A stretch of DNA of 64,000 bases from Pyrinomonadaceae bacterium (GTDB lineage Bacteria; Acidobacteriota; Blastocatellia; Pyrinomonadales; Pyrinomonadaceae), in the NCBI GenBank assembly GCA_035941655.1, contig DASZDU010000161.1, forward strand, positions 2,478 to 66,477, written 5' to 3'. A program made the translations under genes and the position numbers. The notes below the pieces were generated by a model. The model was given only the letters and a program-made list of their open reading frames with translations, did not search any database and was not told where the DNA came from. Shown here in pieces: positions 45,414 to 56,600 of the stretch. Each line of letters opens with the position of its first letter. Position 1 is the stretch's first letter.

Positions 45414-46628
45414 TTACCGGCTTGCGCGTCTTGGTCGGAACGATCGGGTGAAGACCGCGCGCGGAGCGGCCGCACGCATGAACGGCTTACTGGCCGTTTC
45501 ACTCTTTCGTCCACCAAATGCCGGCAGCACAACTCGCGCTACGGTTTGTCCGGTCAAACGCTCAATCGCCCGCATTGAAATTTCATCAACCGGAGTCACG
45601 ATTGTGATCGCGCGCCCAGTGTTGCCGGCTCTTCCGGTTCGGCCAATACGATGCACATAGTCTTCAGGCGCCGAGGGCACGTCGTAGTTGATAACGTGCG
45701 AAACGGAATCAACGTCCAGGCCGCGCGCTGCGATATCCGTCGCCACCAGCACGCGCGTACGACCGTCGCGGAATCCGCGCAAGGCAGCCTCACGCTGTGG
45801 TTGTGTGCGATCGGAGTGAATCCGGTTGACGCTGTGTTCCCGGGCAGAAAGGATGTGTGACAACCGTTCCGCGCCGCGTCGCGTGCGTGTAAACACCAGT
45901 ACTCGCTCAAACTTTTCACGTTCAAGCAGATCGAGTAACAAAGCCGTCTTCGACTCCTGGGCCACTGGATAAGCAGTTTGCTCAACCATGGTTGCAGCTT
46001 GGCCGCGCGGACTCACCTCGATGAGTTTCGGTTCTTTCATCGTGGTCCGGGCCAGCTTTTCAATGTCTGACGACATGGTGGCCGAAAACAAAAGTGTCTG
46101 ACGTTTTATCGGAAGCATCGCCAGGATGCGGCGAATAGCGGGCAGAAATCCCATGTCCAGCATGCGATCCGCTTCGTCAAGAACGAGCACTTCAACTGCT
46201 GAAAGGTTGACCACTCCGCGCTCAGTTAAATCGAGCAAACGTCCGGGCGTGGCAATGACGATCGCCGCGCCGCGTCGCAGGTCAGAAATCTGCGTGCGCA
46301 TGTTGGCGCCGCCAATCACGGTCACGCCCCGATTGGCCTTGACGCGATTAAACTCGCCGTAGTTTTTTTGAATCTGCATTGCCAATTCGCGCGTCGGCGC
46401 GAGCACGAGTACGCGCACGCCGGGGCGTGGCTTCTCCGTCATGTTCTGAATTATTGGAAGCAGAAATGCGGCCGTCTTGCCTGTGCCGGTTTCAGCACAG
46501 CCGATCAGGTCCTGGCCGCTAAGGACGACAGGGATGCCCTGCTCCTGAATCGGTGTTGGTTCGGTGTATCCGAGAGACTCGCAGCTCCGCACTTGCGCGG
46601 GCGCCAGTCCCAGTTGAGAAAAATTCAT
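45414..46628 (-). CDS. DEAD-box ATP-dependent RNA helicase (RhlE-like)
   Basis: Motifs AETGTGKT, DEADRM, SAT and HRIGRTGRAG. ATG 46628 (MNFSQLGL) is preferred; the alternative is ATG 46655. Confidence 0.93.
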   Translation of the reverse strand: MNFSQLGLAPAQVRSCESLGYTEPTPIQEQGIPVVLSGQDLIGCAETGTGKTAAFLLPIIQNMTEKPRPGVRVLVLAPTRELAMQIQKNYGEFNRVKANRGVTVIGGANMRTQISDLRRGAAIVIATPGRLLDLTERGVVNLSAVEVLVLDEADRMLDMGFLPAIRRILAMLPIKRQTLLFSATMSSDIEKLARTTMKEPKLIEVSPRGQAATMVEQTAYPVAQESKTALLLDLLEREKFERVLVFTRTRRGAERLSHILSAREHSVNRIHSDRTQPQREAALRGFRDGRTRVLVATDIAARGLDVDSVSHVINYDVPSAPEDYVHRIGRTGRAGNTGRAITIVTPVDEISMRAIERLTGQTVARVVLPAFGGRKSETASKPFMRAAAPRAVFTRSFRPRRASR

Positions 46629-46721
46629 TAGGTTCCTTTGTGCGACGTCTCCCATTTCTTTGGTGGTCGCATTTCTTTTACTGAATCATGAGCAACAAAT
46701 GCTCATAGCTAAATTTTGGTT

Positions 46722-46818
46722 TACTCTCCGGCAGTCTCTGTGTTCTCTGTGTCTCAGTGGTATTAGGTTTAAAGCCTAACCACGGAGGCACAGAGCTCAC
46801 AGAGACTGCACAGAGAAT
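46722..46818. repeat. 'ctctgtg' family element, copy 4
   Basis: ctctccggcagtctctgtgttctctgtgtctcagtgg ... ccacggaggcacagagctcacagagactgcacagagaat. Confidence 0.85.
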
Positions 46819-46834
46819 TATTGTTGGAAGTTAC

Positions 46835-47227
<393 letters not shown>

Positions 47228-47500
47228 AAAGATATACCTTTCCCCTTGTGGGGATAAAAGAAGCTGCGAATCGGATTGGCTTCGGTCGAACGGTAGGAGC
47301 GAAGGGCCGGTTTTCGGATGCTCTGAGAGCGCTTCTGAAGTTGAAATCAGCCTGCTCTCGAACTATCCAAAAACGCCCACGCTGATTGTTCTATGCGCGG
47401 GGCGCATCACCGTCGATGCGCGAGAGAAGGATTAACCGTGCGTCACTATGCACTATTCAGGGCCAACTAACAAGGCGCGAGAGAGGATTGAAAGCTGACG

Positions 47501-50317
47501 TTATTGAGAATCTCTCAACAAAATAACATCATCGATTTGACTGCCACGCGATATCGCGAGCTGTTTACCGTCTTGTGAACCCTGGAAAGCGAAGATAAGC
47601 CCCGTATTAAAGCTGGTTATTTGCCGGGCGGACCCGCCATCGATAGGTATGCTCCAAATGTTATCGGCATTGTCGCGCGTGTCCGCGTAAGTGATGGATC
47701 GGCTGTCAGCGGTCCAGCCAAGTCCGACATCGCGGAAGCTGGACGAGACCTCCAAAATCTTTACCGGCTCACCCCCGGCAAACGGTATTACAGCAATTTT
47801 GTTTGCGTTGGCCTGATCATCAAAATAACGCACCGCCACGAATTTTCCATCCGGTGAAATCGCCGCCCAATTAGAAGACTTGTTCCAAAGTTGTTGAGGC
47901 GTGCCGCCAGAGATTGGGACGCGCCAAAAAGTGGAGTTCCCTTCTCTCAACGACTTGAACAAAACCCACTGACCATTCGGCGAACAGCTCGGCTGCGAGT
48001 CGAGCTCAGCCCCCTGCGTTAACTGACTCTGCTCGCCGGTCGCCACCTCCAGTCTCCAAATATTGAAATTGCCGGAACGGTTTGAACTGAAAATGACGAA
48101 ACGTCCGTCTGCAGAAACGCATCCCAACCCTTCGGTATACGAGTCGGTCGTCAATTGCTTGTTTGCAGTCCCGTCAGCGCCGATGCTCCACACGTCTGAT
48201 TGCTCGCCTGAGGGCGCGGTGTAAAGAATTCTTCCATCGCTGGTCCAGGCGAGACTGTCGCCGTCATACTTGCCACTCGTAATCTGTTTCGCTTTACTCA
48301 GGTCGTCGCCCGGCGACACCACCCAAAGCTGGGCCGACCGGTCTGCTTGCACGGTAACAAGTGTTTTCGAATCCGTAGTCAATCCCAGACTGCTGGTGCC
48401 GTAAGCGTTCAGATCGTTAGTAACTCTGCGCACTTCACCGCCCGGATATGAGACGTACCACAACTGGGTGCCGGTAGAAATCAGTTCCGGAACCGCCGCG
48501 ACTATCAAGCCGCTACCATCGCCAAGCCAGAGAACGCGAGACACCGATACCCAATTTTGAGATGTGATCGGCTTTTCTGCGCCCCCTTCAGCGGGTACTG
48601 ATACGATCGTCGCGGAAAGACTGCCGCTGTATGCGCCGGCGCCGCACGCTATTGTTTTCCCGTCAGGTGACCAGGTAGGCCCGCCCACGAAAGAAAAATA
48701 CGCAGGCAGTCTTCGCGTCGCTATCTTTCGTTCTCCTGTTCCGTCGATGTTGGCAACGATCAGGTTAAATTCAGAAGACGACGGTCTAACAAAGGCGATC
48801 TGTCTGCCATCAGGCGACAGCGTCACCGGACTCGTCACGCCAGCCATTACGCGTCGCGGTGTTCCACCCAGGACCGGTACCTGGAAAAGCGTGCCCAGCG
48901 GATTGTCGAACATGGAGTAATAAACGAATTCTCCATCCCTTGAGAAGGCTGTGGGCCCGATCTTGCTTTCCAGGTCCGAAACTATTCTCACCAGACTGCC
49001 GGTCGAAACTTGTCGCACCCACAGGCTGTCGCGGCCGGATTCCGTCGTTCTGAAGACAACGTACTTCCCATCCGGAGAGATTGACGTGTAGCCCTTTATG
49101 GCAGCGTTGCCGATCTTACCGCCAGTAGTGAGCCGTGTGATTTTCAGATTGCTAAACGGCGCTGAGACGGGCGAACGTAGCTTCACCCATGCCAAAACAA
49201 GAACCACGCCAACTATCAAAACCGCGGCCAGCGTCAAGGCAAATCCGAGTTTGTGGTGTTTGATTTCACCGAAGATGACTCCCGCGCTCGACGTCGTACG
49301 AACGCCCTGGATGTCAGCGGTCGTGCTCGGACCCGTAAGAGTCTGCGAGACTTCGGATTGGTAGCTAAACTGAGATCTCGCGCCTTCCGTGTTCATTGTG
49401 GAAGATGGCGCGCCCGCATCCAACTGCGTGTCGCCTTCCATCTCGCGGCGAAGTTCTTTTAACTCCAGGCCGACATCCTGGATCGACTGATAACGCTCTT
49501 CGGGATCCTTCGCCAGACAACGTCGAACAATTCTTTGCAGGTCAGCCGGAGCGGAAGGAGCAAACTCTCTTACCAGCGGCGCCGGCTCATAGCAGATCTT
49601 GTAAAGCGATTGCACGTTTGACTCGCCCTGAAACGGCCGCTGTTTGGTGACGGCCTCAAAAAGCATGCAGCCAAACGAAAAGATATCGGAACGATGATCA
49701 ATCTCGCTCTTTCCCTGGGCCTGTTCAGGCGACATGTAACCCACTGTCCCCATAAGTCTGCCGGGAATTGAATGCGGCTCGAGGGCTACAGTGGCAGCAT
49801 CGCTAATGGTGCCGCCGTCGGGTCCGGGTATGGGTATCTCAATCAGTTTTGCCAGACCAAAATCCAGAATCTTTGCATAGCCATCACGAGTGATCATGAT
49901 GTTATCTGGTTTTAGATCACGGTGAACTATCCCGGCTGAGTGGGCCTTGGCTAGTCCGCCGGCCACTTGCTGTAAATATTTGATCAGTCTTCTTAGATCG
50001 CTGCGTTCATAATGAATTTTTTCGCGCAGCGTCTTCCCTTCCACATACTCCATGGCGATGAAATTCACTCCATCGTGTTCACCGATTTCGTAGATGTGGG
50101 CGACATTCGGATGATTCAGCGCTGCGGCTGCGCGTGCCTCCTGGACGAAACGAAGCATGCGCTCACGACTTACGGCGAGTTCGGCAGGCAAAACTTTCAG
50201 AGCCACGCGGCGATCGAGTTTAGGGTCCTTTGCGAGATAGACCTCGCCCATGCCGCCCTTCCCGAGCTGCGACAGAATTTCATAACGACCGAGTTTTGCG
50301 CCTGCGTCGAAACTCAT
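47501..50317 (-). CDS. Ser/Thr protein kinase fused to a TolB-like beta-propeller
   Basis: Kinase motifs GKGGMGEVY, HRDLKPDNIM, DFGLAK and GTVGYMSPE. One TM segment, then repeated SPDGK/SPDGR blades. Confidence 0.92.
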   Translation of the reverse strand: MSFDAGAKLGRYEILSQLGKGGMGEVYLAKDPKLDRRVALKVLPAELAVSRERMLRFVQEARAAAALNHPNVAHIYEIGEHDGVNFIAMEYVEGKTLREKIHYERSDLRRLIKYLQQVAGGLAKAHSAGIVHRDLKPDNIMITRDGYAKILDFGLAKLIEIPIPGPDGGTISDAATVALEPHSIPGRLMGTVGYMSPEQAQGKSEIDHRSDIFSFGCMLFEAVTKQRPFQGESNVQSLYKICYEPAPLVREFAPSAPADLQRIVRRCLAKDPEERYQSIQDVGLELKELRREMEGDTQLDAGAPSSTMNTEGARSQFSYQSEVSQTLTGPSTTADIQGVRTTSSAGVIFGEIKHHKLGFALTLAAVLIVGVVLVLAWVKLRSPVSAPFSNLKITRLTTGGKIGNAAIKGYTSISPDGKYVVFRTTESGRDSLWVRQVSTGSLVRIVSDLESKIGPTAFSRDGEFVYYSMFDNPLGTLFQVPVLGGTPRRVMAGVTSPVTLSPDGRQIAFVRPSSSEFNLIVANIDGTGERKIATRRLPAYFSFVGGPTWSPDGKTIACGAGAYSGSLSATIVSVPAEGGAEKPITSQNWVSVSRVLWLGDGSGLIVAAVPELISTGTQLWYVSYPGGEVRRVTNDLNAYGTSSLGLTTDSKTLVTVQADRSAQLWVVSPGDDLSKAKQITSGKYDGDSLAWTSDGRILYTAPSGEQSDVWSIGADGTANKQLTTDSYTEGLGCVSADGRFVIFSSNRSGNFNIWRLEVATGEQSQLTQGAELDSQPSCSPNGQWVLFKSLREGNSTFWRVPISGGTPQQLWNKSSNWAAISPDGKFVAVRYFDDQANANKIAVIPFAGGEPVKILEVSSSFRDVGLGWTADSRSITYADTRDNADNIWSIPIDGGSARQITSFNTGLIFAFQGSQDGKQLAISRGSQIDDVILLRDSQ

Positions 50318-50496
50318 TGCTTTAAACCGCCGGCCCAGTTCAGAACGAGCGTGATCGGCTGCTTGTTGTCATCATCAACGACGTTGTTGATTAGAAATCG
50401 CTGACCGTCGGCGGCGGCGACAAAGTGGTTCCGATCGCCGGTCAGGCTGCCTATAACGTGTCTGGGGTTCCTGAACCAGTTTAGATCTCTAATCAT
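50314..50496 (-). pseudogene. relic of a propeller-protein C-terminus (60-codon ORF overlapping the kinase start as ATGA)
   Basis: It encodes ..FVAAADGQRFLINNVVDDDNKQPITLVLNWAGGLKQ. By my recollection this resembles the last blade plus tail of kinase/propeller proteins in this type of genome. Confidence 0.3.
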
Positions 50497-50507
50497 AGTT
50501 GGCACAC

Positions 50508-51302
50508 TCATCGTAGAATGCCCGTCGGTTCTGCCTCTACGGCCATTGCACTCGCAATCGTTGGCCACATCTGTTTCGCCCACAATTCATACCCCTGATC
50601 GGAAGGGTGGAAACCATCAGCGGAGAAATACTCCGGATGCGACGGAAGTTCTTTATGGGTAACGGTGTAAACGTCAAAGACGGTGACGCCATGGGCCGCG
50701 GCCGTCTCGGCGATCCTGCGGTTGAATTCAACAATCAGCTGATGGTATTCGCTTCGCACTGCCGCCGGAATCCGCGGTGCACTGGAAATATCGGGAAGGT
50801 TGGTAACAATAATCTTTGCTTTAGTGTTGTTCCTGAGCCGCGCGACAATCTCTGCATAGTTTTTTGAAAACTGTTCAAGGCTGACACCATGGCCGATGTC
50901 GTTGATTCCAATTCCGAGCGTTACGAGGTGGGGAGTTGCGCGCAGACCGGAGTCCAGCTGCTCACGCAACACGTCGGCTGTAGTCGCACCGCTAAAACAC
51001 TGATTTATTAACCTGGAACCAGGTCGGTGCGTAAGGATGCGTTTGAATAGACGAGCGACATAACCACCTTCCCTCGCGCCGACGCCGGAGCCGGTTGAGT
51101 CACCGAGGGCCACGTAGACGATCGGCCCGGATATCATTGGCAAATTGTTCGGCGAACTGGCCGACATTGATTTGACGTTCCCCTCAGGATCAGCGTTCAC
51201 GATAATTCTACCTGAGGGATTCTTACAAGCTGCCAACATCAAACATAGCGGAGCTAGCAGAACCACTACGTCTCGAATCCTGGGCAAGAGCGTGCGCGTC
51301 AT
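50508..51302 (-). CDS. SGNH/GDSL-family hydrolase lipoprotein
   Basis: Lipobox LMLAAC. Block I VALGDSTGSG, block III GINDIG, block V DGFHPS. Confidence 0.88.
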   Translation of the reverse strand: MTRTLLPRIRDVVVLLAPLCLMLAACKNPSGRIIVNADPEGNVKSMSASSPNNLPMISGPIVYVALGDSTGSGVGAREGGYVARLFKRILTHRPGSRLINQCFSGATTADVLREQLDSGLRATPHLVTLGIGINDIGHGVSLEQFSKNYAEIVARLRNNTKAKIIVTNLPDISSAPRIPAAVRSEYHQLIVEFNRRIAETAAAHGVTVFDVYTVTHKELPSHPEYFSADGFHPSDQGYELWAKQMWPTIASAMAVEAEPTGILR

Positions 51303-51345
51303 TTAGCTCTCATCGCAAAGGTGTGTGCCCGCGACCAGCGTAATC

Positions 51346-53445
51346 TCATTTCTCCGCGGTTTTCTTTTCTCCGTCCTTGCTTTCCTTCTTCGGCACAACC
51401 GGACTGGAGAAGTCGGGAAGCGGATCGTTCCAAAGGTAATGATTAAACCAGGTGAGATTATGACTCATCACCGCACGCATCGCTTTTGGTTTTGTAATGC
51501 CATGACCAAAGCCTTTGTATACGATCATCTCGACGCGGACCCCCTTGTCCTCCAGTGCTTGTCTCAACTCATAGGCGTTGGCAATAGGCACCCGACGATC
51601 GAGTTCGCCGTGTTGAATGAGCGTTGGCGTTCTTGCGTTCTTGACGTAAGAAATCGGCGACGTCTTCTGATAGATTTCCGGATCTTCAACCGGATTCTTG
51701 CCGAGGTAGTTTATGGTGAACGGCGTGATGTCGGTGTTGTAATAGTAAGTCGCCCAGTCGGAGATGCCCGCGCCAACCGAGATCGCCTGGAAGCGATCGG
51801 AAGACGCAGTCAGAAATGCAGAAATGTACCCGCCCTGGCTCCAACCCATGCAGGCGACTTTGGTTTTATCAACCCAACCTTTGCTGATCAGATAATCGAC
51901 TCCCGATAAAACATCCCACGCATCGCCCACACCCAGGTTTCTTAGGTTGAGTTTGCGAAACTTCTCGCCGTAGCCGGCACTGCCGCGATAATTCACCTTC
52001 AACACGAGGGCTCCGCGCGCGGCCCAGATGTCGGACGGATAGTAGCGTGAATCTCCACTCAACAACGCTGGACGATCGACTCCGGTCGGCCCGCCATGGA
52101 TTACGCAAAGCAGCGGATACTTTCGGACCGGATCAAAATCCGCCGGCTTAATCAACACGCCTTCGATCATGGCCCCGTCCGTGCTCTTCCATGAGATCAC
52201 TTCACGCGTCCCTAAAATCAGCGGTCTGGTCTGCTCAGTCATATTTGTCAGGACTTTGGGAGCGAACGTCGAGGCATTTGAGATAAAAATTTCATTCAAG
52301 GACGTTGGTGAGGCTGCGGCGAATGCCAACTGCTTTCCATCTCGAGTAAAAGAAAATGAGCCGGCTATTAAACTGTCGGGCCGCGATACGCGCGTAACCC
52401 TGCCGGTCACGGGATCGACGCGAAACAGATGCGATGCCGTTTTCTGCTGACCGGTAAAATAAACGCCGTCAGACCGCCATTCAACCAGACCCGGGTTCTC
52501 ATCGAAGTTATCGGTGATCGAACGCGCTACGCCACCTGCCGCTGATACCACCGCGAGCCGTGAGTTGCTGGCAAAGTAAGTCGTGTTTCCCATCGCCGAC
52601 GAAAAGACAATCTCCTTGCCATCGGGAGACCAGCGCGGGTTGTTGTCGGGACCGGGCTGCGACACCAGCTTGCTCACCACATCATTCGCAAGGCTGAGCA
52701 GATATATGTCTGAGGTCACACCCTGGATCAGATCCGGATTGAGGGTGGCGCTGAATGCGATCCTGCCGCCGTCACGAGACCACGAAAAGGAATCCACACT
52801 GAAGTCTTTATTTTTCGTGCGCTGTTTGCCTATGACCGGCCCGTTGAGTGCTTCCTTAACATCGAGCGTCCACAGATGTGCGTGCGTATAGTCCTTGCGC
52901 ACCACTTCGTAATCGCCCAGATATTCCTTGCGATCCTTTGAGATTTGAGGCACGGGTTCAGTGGCGGTATAAGCAATGCTGCGCCCATCTTCGGACCAGG
53001 AAAAATTGTTGATGGCAGTCTCTGACTTTGTTAGTTGGATGGCTTCGCCGCCGGCGGGATTGATTACGAAGATCTGGTTCTTGTCTTCGATGCGATTGCT
53101 TGTAAACGCGAGCCACGATCCATCGGGCGACCAACGCGGATTACCCGACGACTTGTCACCGCGAGTCAGTTGAATGGTGCTTCCCTTGGCATTGTCAGTT
53201 TCAGCCAGCCAGATTTGCGTGACGAACGCGTCCTGCTTGAAGTCGGCTGAAGTCACGGTGTAGGCGACCCATTTCCCATCCGGGGAAATTTGCGCAGCGC
53301 TAATCGTCTTGAGCGTCAACAGCTCATCAACGGTGGGCGCATGACGGCCGGCATCGAGCGTCGCATGGGTGCCAAAAGCGGCGAACGAAATAGTGAGACA
53401 AAAAATTAGACTGGCACAAACACTTGCGGCTAGTCGTTTGATCAT
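51346..53445 (-). CDS. S9-family serine peptidase (prolyl oligopeptidase / dipeptidyl aminopeptidase type)
   Basis: ATG 53445 followed by a signal peptide. N-terminal propeller (SPDGKWVAY, SPDGSWLAF). Nucleophile elbow GWSQGGY and a C-terminal D..GH pattern (GFGHG). Confidence 0.9.
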   Translation of the reverse strand: MIKRLAASVCASLIFCLTISFAAFGTHATLDAGRHAPTVDELLTLKTISAAQISPDGKWVAYTVTSADFKQDAFVTQIWLAETDNAKGSTIQLTRGDKSSGNPRWSPDGSWLAFTSNRIEDKNQIFVINPAGGEAIQLTKSETAINNFSWSEDGRSIAYTATEPVPQISKDRKEYLGDYEVVRKDYTHAHLWTLDVKEALNGPVIGKQRTKNKDFSVDSFSWSRDGGRIAFSATLNPDLIQGVTSDIYLLSLANDVVSKLVSQPGPDNNPRWSPDGKEIVFSSAMGNTTYFASNSRLAVVSAAGGVARSITDNFDENPGLVEWRSDGVYFTGQQKTASHLFRVDPVTGRVTRVSRPDSLIAGSFSFTRDGKQLAFAAASPTSLNEIFISNASTFAPKVLTNMTEQTRPLILGTREVISWKSTDGAMIEGVLIKPADFDPVRKYPLLCVIHGGPTGVDRPALLSGDSRYYPSDIWAARGALVLKVNYRGSAGYGEKFRKLNLRNLGVGDAWDVLSGVDYLISKGWVDKTKVACMGWSQGGYISAFLTASSDRFQAISVGAGISDWATYYYNTDITPFTINYLGKNPVEDPEIYQKTSPISYVKNARTPTLIQHGELDRRVPIANAYELRQALEDKGVRVEMIVYKGFGHGITKPKAMRAVMSHNLTWFNHYLWNDPLPDFSSPVVPKKESKDGEKKTAEK

Positions 53446-53497
53446 CGAACAGCTTCCCCCGTTCCAGGTAAATAATTCAAGAAAGAGAATCTCATGA

Positions 53498-53563
53498 TTA
53501 GGGTGTGCTCGCCCCGCTCTTTCAGCTGTGGCATTCAACGCAGCGGGGGCAAGCCACCCTTCC
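53498..53563. repeat. degenerate copy of the 'agcgggggcaagcc' hairpin family
   Basis: ttagggtgtgctcgccccgct (53498..53518) versus agcgggggcaagccacccttcc (53542..53563). Compare with 58928..59004. Confidence 0.6.
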
Positions 53564-53681
53564 TAACCTGCAAATTTATGCAACTTGAATTTGATCCTGT
53601 GACCTTTCTATTTGCGCGTATCTTCAAGACTGCCTGCCTTGTTGACATTGGACATTGGACATTCGACTTTCGACAGTCTTT

Positions 53682-56600
53682 TTATTGATCCTTCCATTCC
53701 GGAATCCGTCCCGGCGTCCAGGGCGCGCCCGCCGCTTCCATCTGTTTCTCGAGCCTCGCCAAATCGCCCTCGATCAGTTGTCGTAACTGCGCCAGAGTTA
53801 ACTCGAACTCCTGTGCGGCCGCGTTGTATTGGTTGATTTGCGTCTGCGTCGGACGAGCGGTCGATAAACGTTGCGAACCGACAATGTCGCCAACGCGTTC
53901 AGAAATAGACGGAGGCAAGTTGATATTTCGCGCGCGCAGTGCACTGTCGCCGCGCAGCGCACGCAGAATATCGTTGGTGCGTTTATCCAGCGAGGCCGCG
54001 TCGTCAAGCAACTTGTCGCCCACCGCAGGAGTGTCCAGCAGAGCACGACGAATTAAAACCAGTCTGGGCTTCAAAGCGTTTGCCGCTTCCAGGGCGCCCT
54101 GAACAGCTCGCTGGAGCCGTGCAACTTTCTGTTGAAACTCGACCAGCGCAACTCGAACCGGGCCCGACATGCTCGACTGCCCTTCAACCACTATCTCGAA
54201 ATCCTGCGGCGACCCCAACGGCGTGAACACACCGTCAACGCGCCGGGCGGCCGAAACTCTGTAAGCACCGGGCATCACCAACGGCCCGCCCGGTCCCTCG
54301 TCAAAGGGATTCTCGTTTTCGGGGTTTTGCGGCGGCGGCAGCGAAGTGGGCGGATACCTCAGGTCCCAACTCACGCGCTGCATGCCGGCAGTCACTGGTC
54401 CTGTCAAACGCCTGACGATGCGGCCGCTCGAGTCGGTGATCGTGAAGATAACAGCCGGCGCTTCCTCTTCCTCTTCCGCGCTCAGATCGGACAAACGTGG
54501 CAGGGTAACAAGCGCATTCTTTTTGGCTGCCTCTTTTTCTGCTTCCTGTCTCTTTGCCTTTTTCGTTTTCAGTTCTTCCTTCAGGTAATAAGTGAAGGTG
54601 ACGCCAAACGGCGGGTTCTCAGCTGCGTAATATGATTCGCCCTGAAAACTTTTGCCGCGCAAACCCAGGGGCTGGGACTGGATATACATCAACGCGTTCT
54701 TAACCGGAAACAGCTGGGAATCCTGTTTAAGCATTTCCGGCCTGAGCAAACGCAGCGTTGTGTAATTGTCGAGGATATAAATGCCGCGCCCGAAAGTGCC
54801 CGCAATCAGATCATTTTCGCGTTTTTGAATATTGAGATCGCGGACCTGAATCGTCGGCAGTCCGCCCTTAAGTTGTATCCACTTCCCGCCGCCATCTATG
54901 GAAAAGAAGAGACCGAATTCAGTGCCGACAAAAAGCAGGTTCGGGTTCACATGGTCCTCAGCGATGGCCCAAACGGGTTGGTTCTTCGGCAGGTTGCCGG
55001 CAATTGAAACCCAGGTGCGGCCGGCGTTTGTGCTCTTCAGAAGATAGGGCTTGAAGTCCGCGTTCTGGTGATTTTCAAACGCAGCGTACACCGTATTCGA
55101 TTCGTGATTCGAAGCGATGATGCGGCTCACGTATGACATGTCGGCCACACTGGGAAATGTTTGTATCTTTCGCCAGTTTTTGCCGCCATCTTCGGTCACT
55201 TGAATCAAACCGTCGTCGGTGCCGACATAGATCAAGCCGTCTTGCTTTGGCGATTCCGCAAGCGCCGAGGCATTGCCGAAGAATGCCGTCGAAACATTTT
55301 TTGCGACCGCATCCATACTCCAAATCTTGCCCATGACGGGCAACTTGTCGCGATCCAGCCCGCGGGAGAGTTGGCCGCTGATGACTTGCCAGCTATCGCC
55401 GCGATCGTCACTGCGAAACAGTTTGTCGGCGGCAAAGTAAAGTCTAGTGTGCGAGTGAGGACTAATGATGAAAGGCGAATCCCAGTTCCATCTAAGCGGC
55501 TCTTCGCCGCGGCCAACTTGCGGTTGAATGCCCATCCGTTCGCCTGTACGTTTGTCGAAGCGGGCCAGTCCTCCGTTCTGCGATTCTCCATAGATTATAT
55601 TCGGATCTTCCGGATCGACCTGACTCCGGAAACCATCACCGCCCACGGTAACGAACCAATCCGGGTTTGTGATACCCGAAGCACTACGCGTACGTGAAGG
55701 GCCGCCAAAGCTGAAGTTGTCCTGCGTTCCGCCATAAACAAAATAGAACGGAGAAGAGTTATCGGTAGTGATGTCATACAACTGCGTGATAGGAAGGTTG
55801 CGTTTGAATTCCCAATTCGCACCACGGTCATGACTTTCATAAACGCCGCCGTCACAGCCGACGAGATAGTGGTCGGTATTATTCGGATCGATCCAGATGT
55901 CATGATTGTCCACGTGCTTCGACTTCTCACCGAGTCGCCGCAATGTCTTGCCGCCGTCATCGGAGACCATCAGGAACACGTTCATCACGTAAACTCGATC
56001 GACATTCTTTGGATCGGCGACGATGCGCGCGTAGTACTGCGCCCCCACATCAAATTCATTACGTCTTTCCCAACTGCCGCCGCGATCGCTGGAGCGAAAG
56101 ATGCCGCCCTTCTTGTCTGCGGCTTCGACGGTGGCGTAGATGACGTTGGAATCCACTGGCGAGATCGCGAGTCCAATGCGACCGAGTTCGACTGTTGGCA
56201 AACCGTTCTTTAGCTTGTTCCAGGTCGCGCCCGCGTCAGTTGATTTGTAGAGCGCGCTTTCCGGTCCGCCGTTAATCAGAGTCCACATGTGACGACGGCG
56301 CTGATACGACGCGGCGTAGACAGTCTCTGGATTTTGTGGATCGACAACGACGTCTGTCACGCCGGTGTTCTCGCTGATGGAAAGGATTTTTTTCCAGCTC
56401 TTGCCGGCATCGGTGGTTTTGTAGAGGCCACGATCACCGCCGGGGCCCCAGAGCGGGCCCTGCGCCGCAGCGTAAACGGTGTCGGAGTCTTTAGGATCGA
56501 TGACGATGCGTCCGATGTGCTCTGAAGTTTTTAGCCCGACATTTTTCCAGGTTTTACCACCATCATCCGAACGATAGACGCCGTTGCCATATGAAACGCT

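Noticed and set aside
53630-53680. gacattg-gacattg-gacattc direct repeats downstream of the BNR-protein gene, considered as a terminator
   Set aside because: Only a 7-bp stem (aagactg/cagtctt) is present, and the T-run is on the strand with no upstream gene. That is too weak to call.
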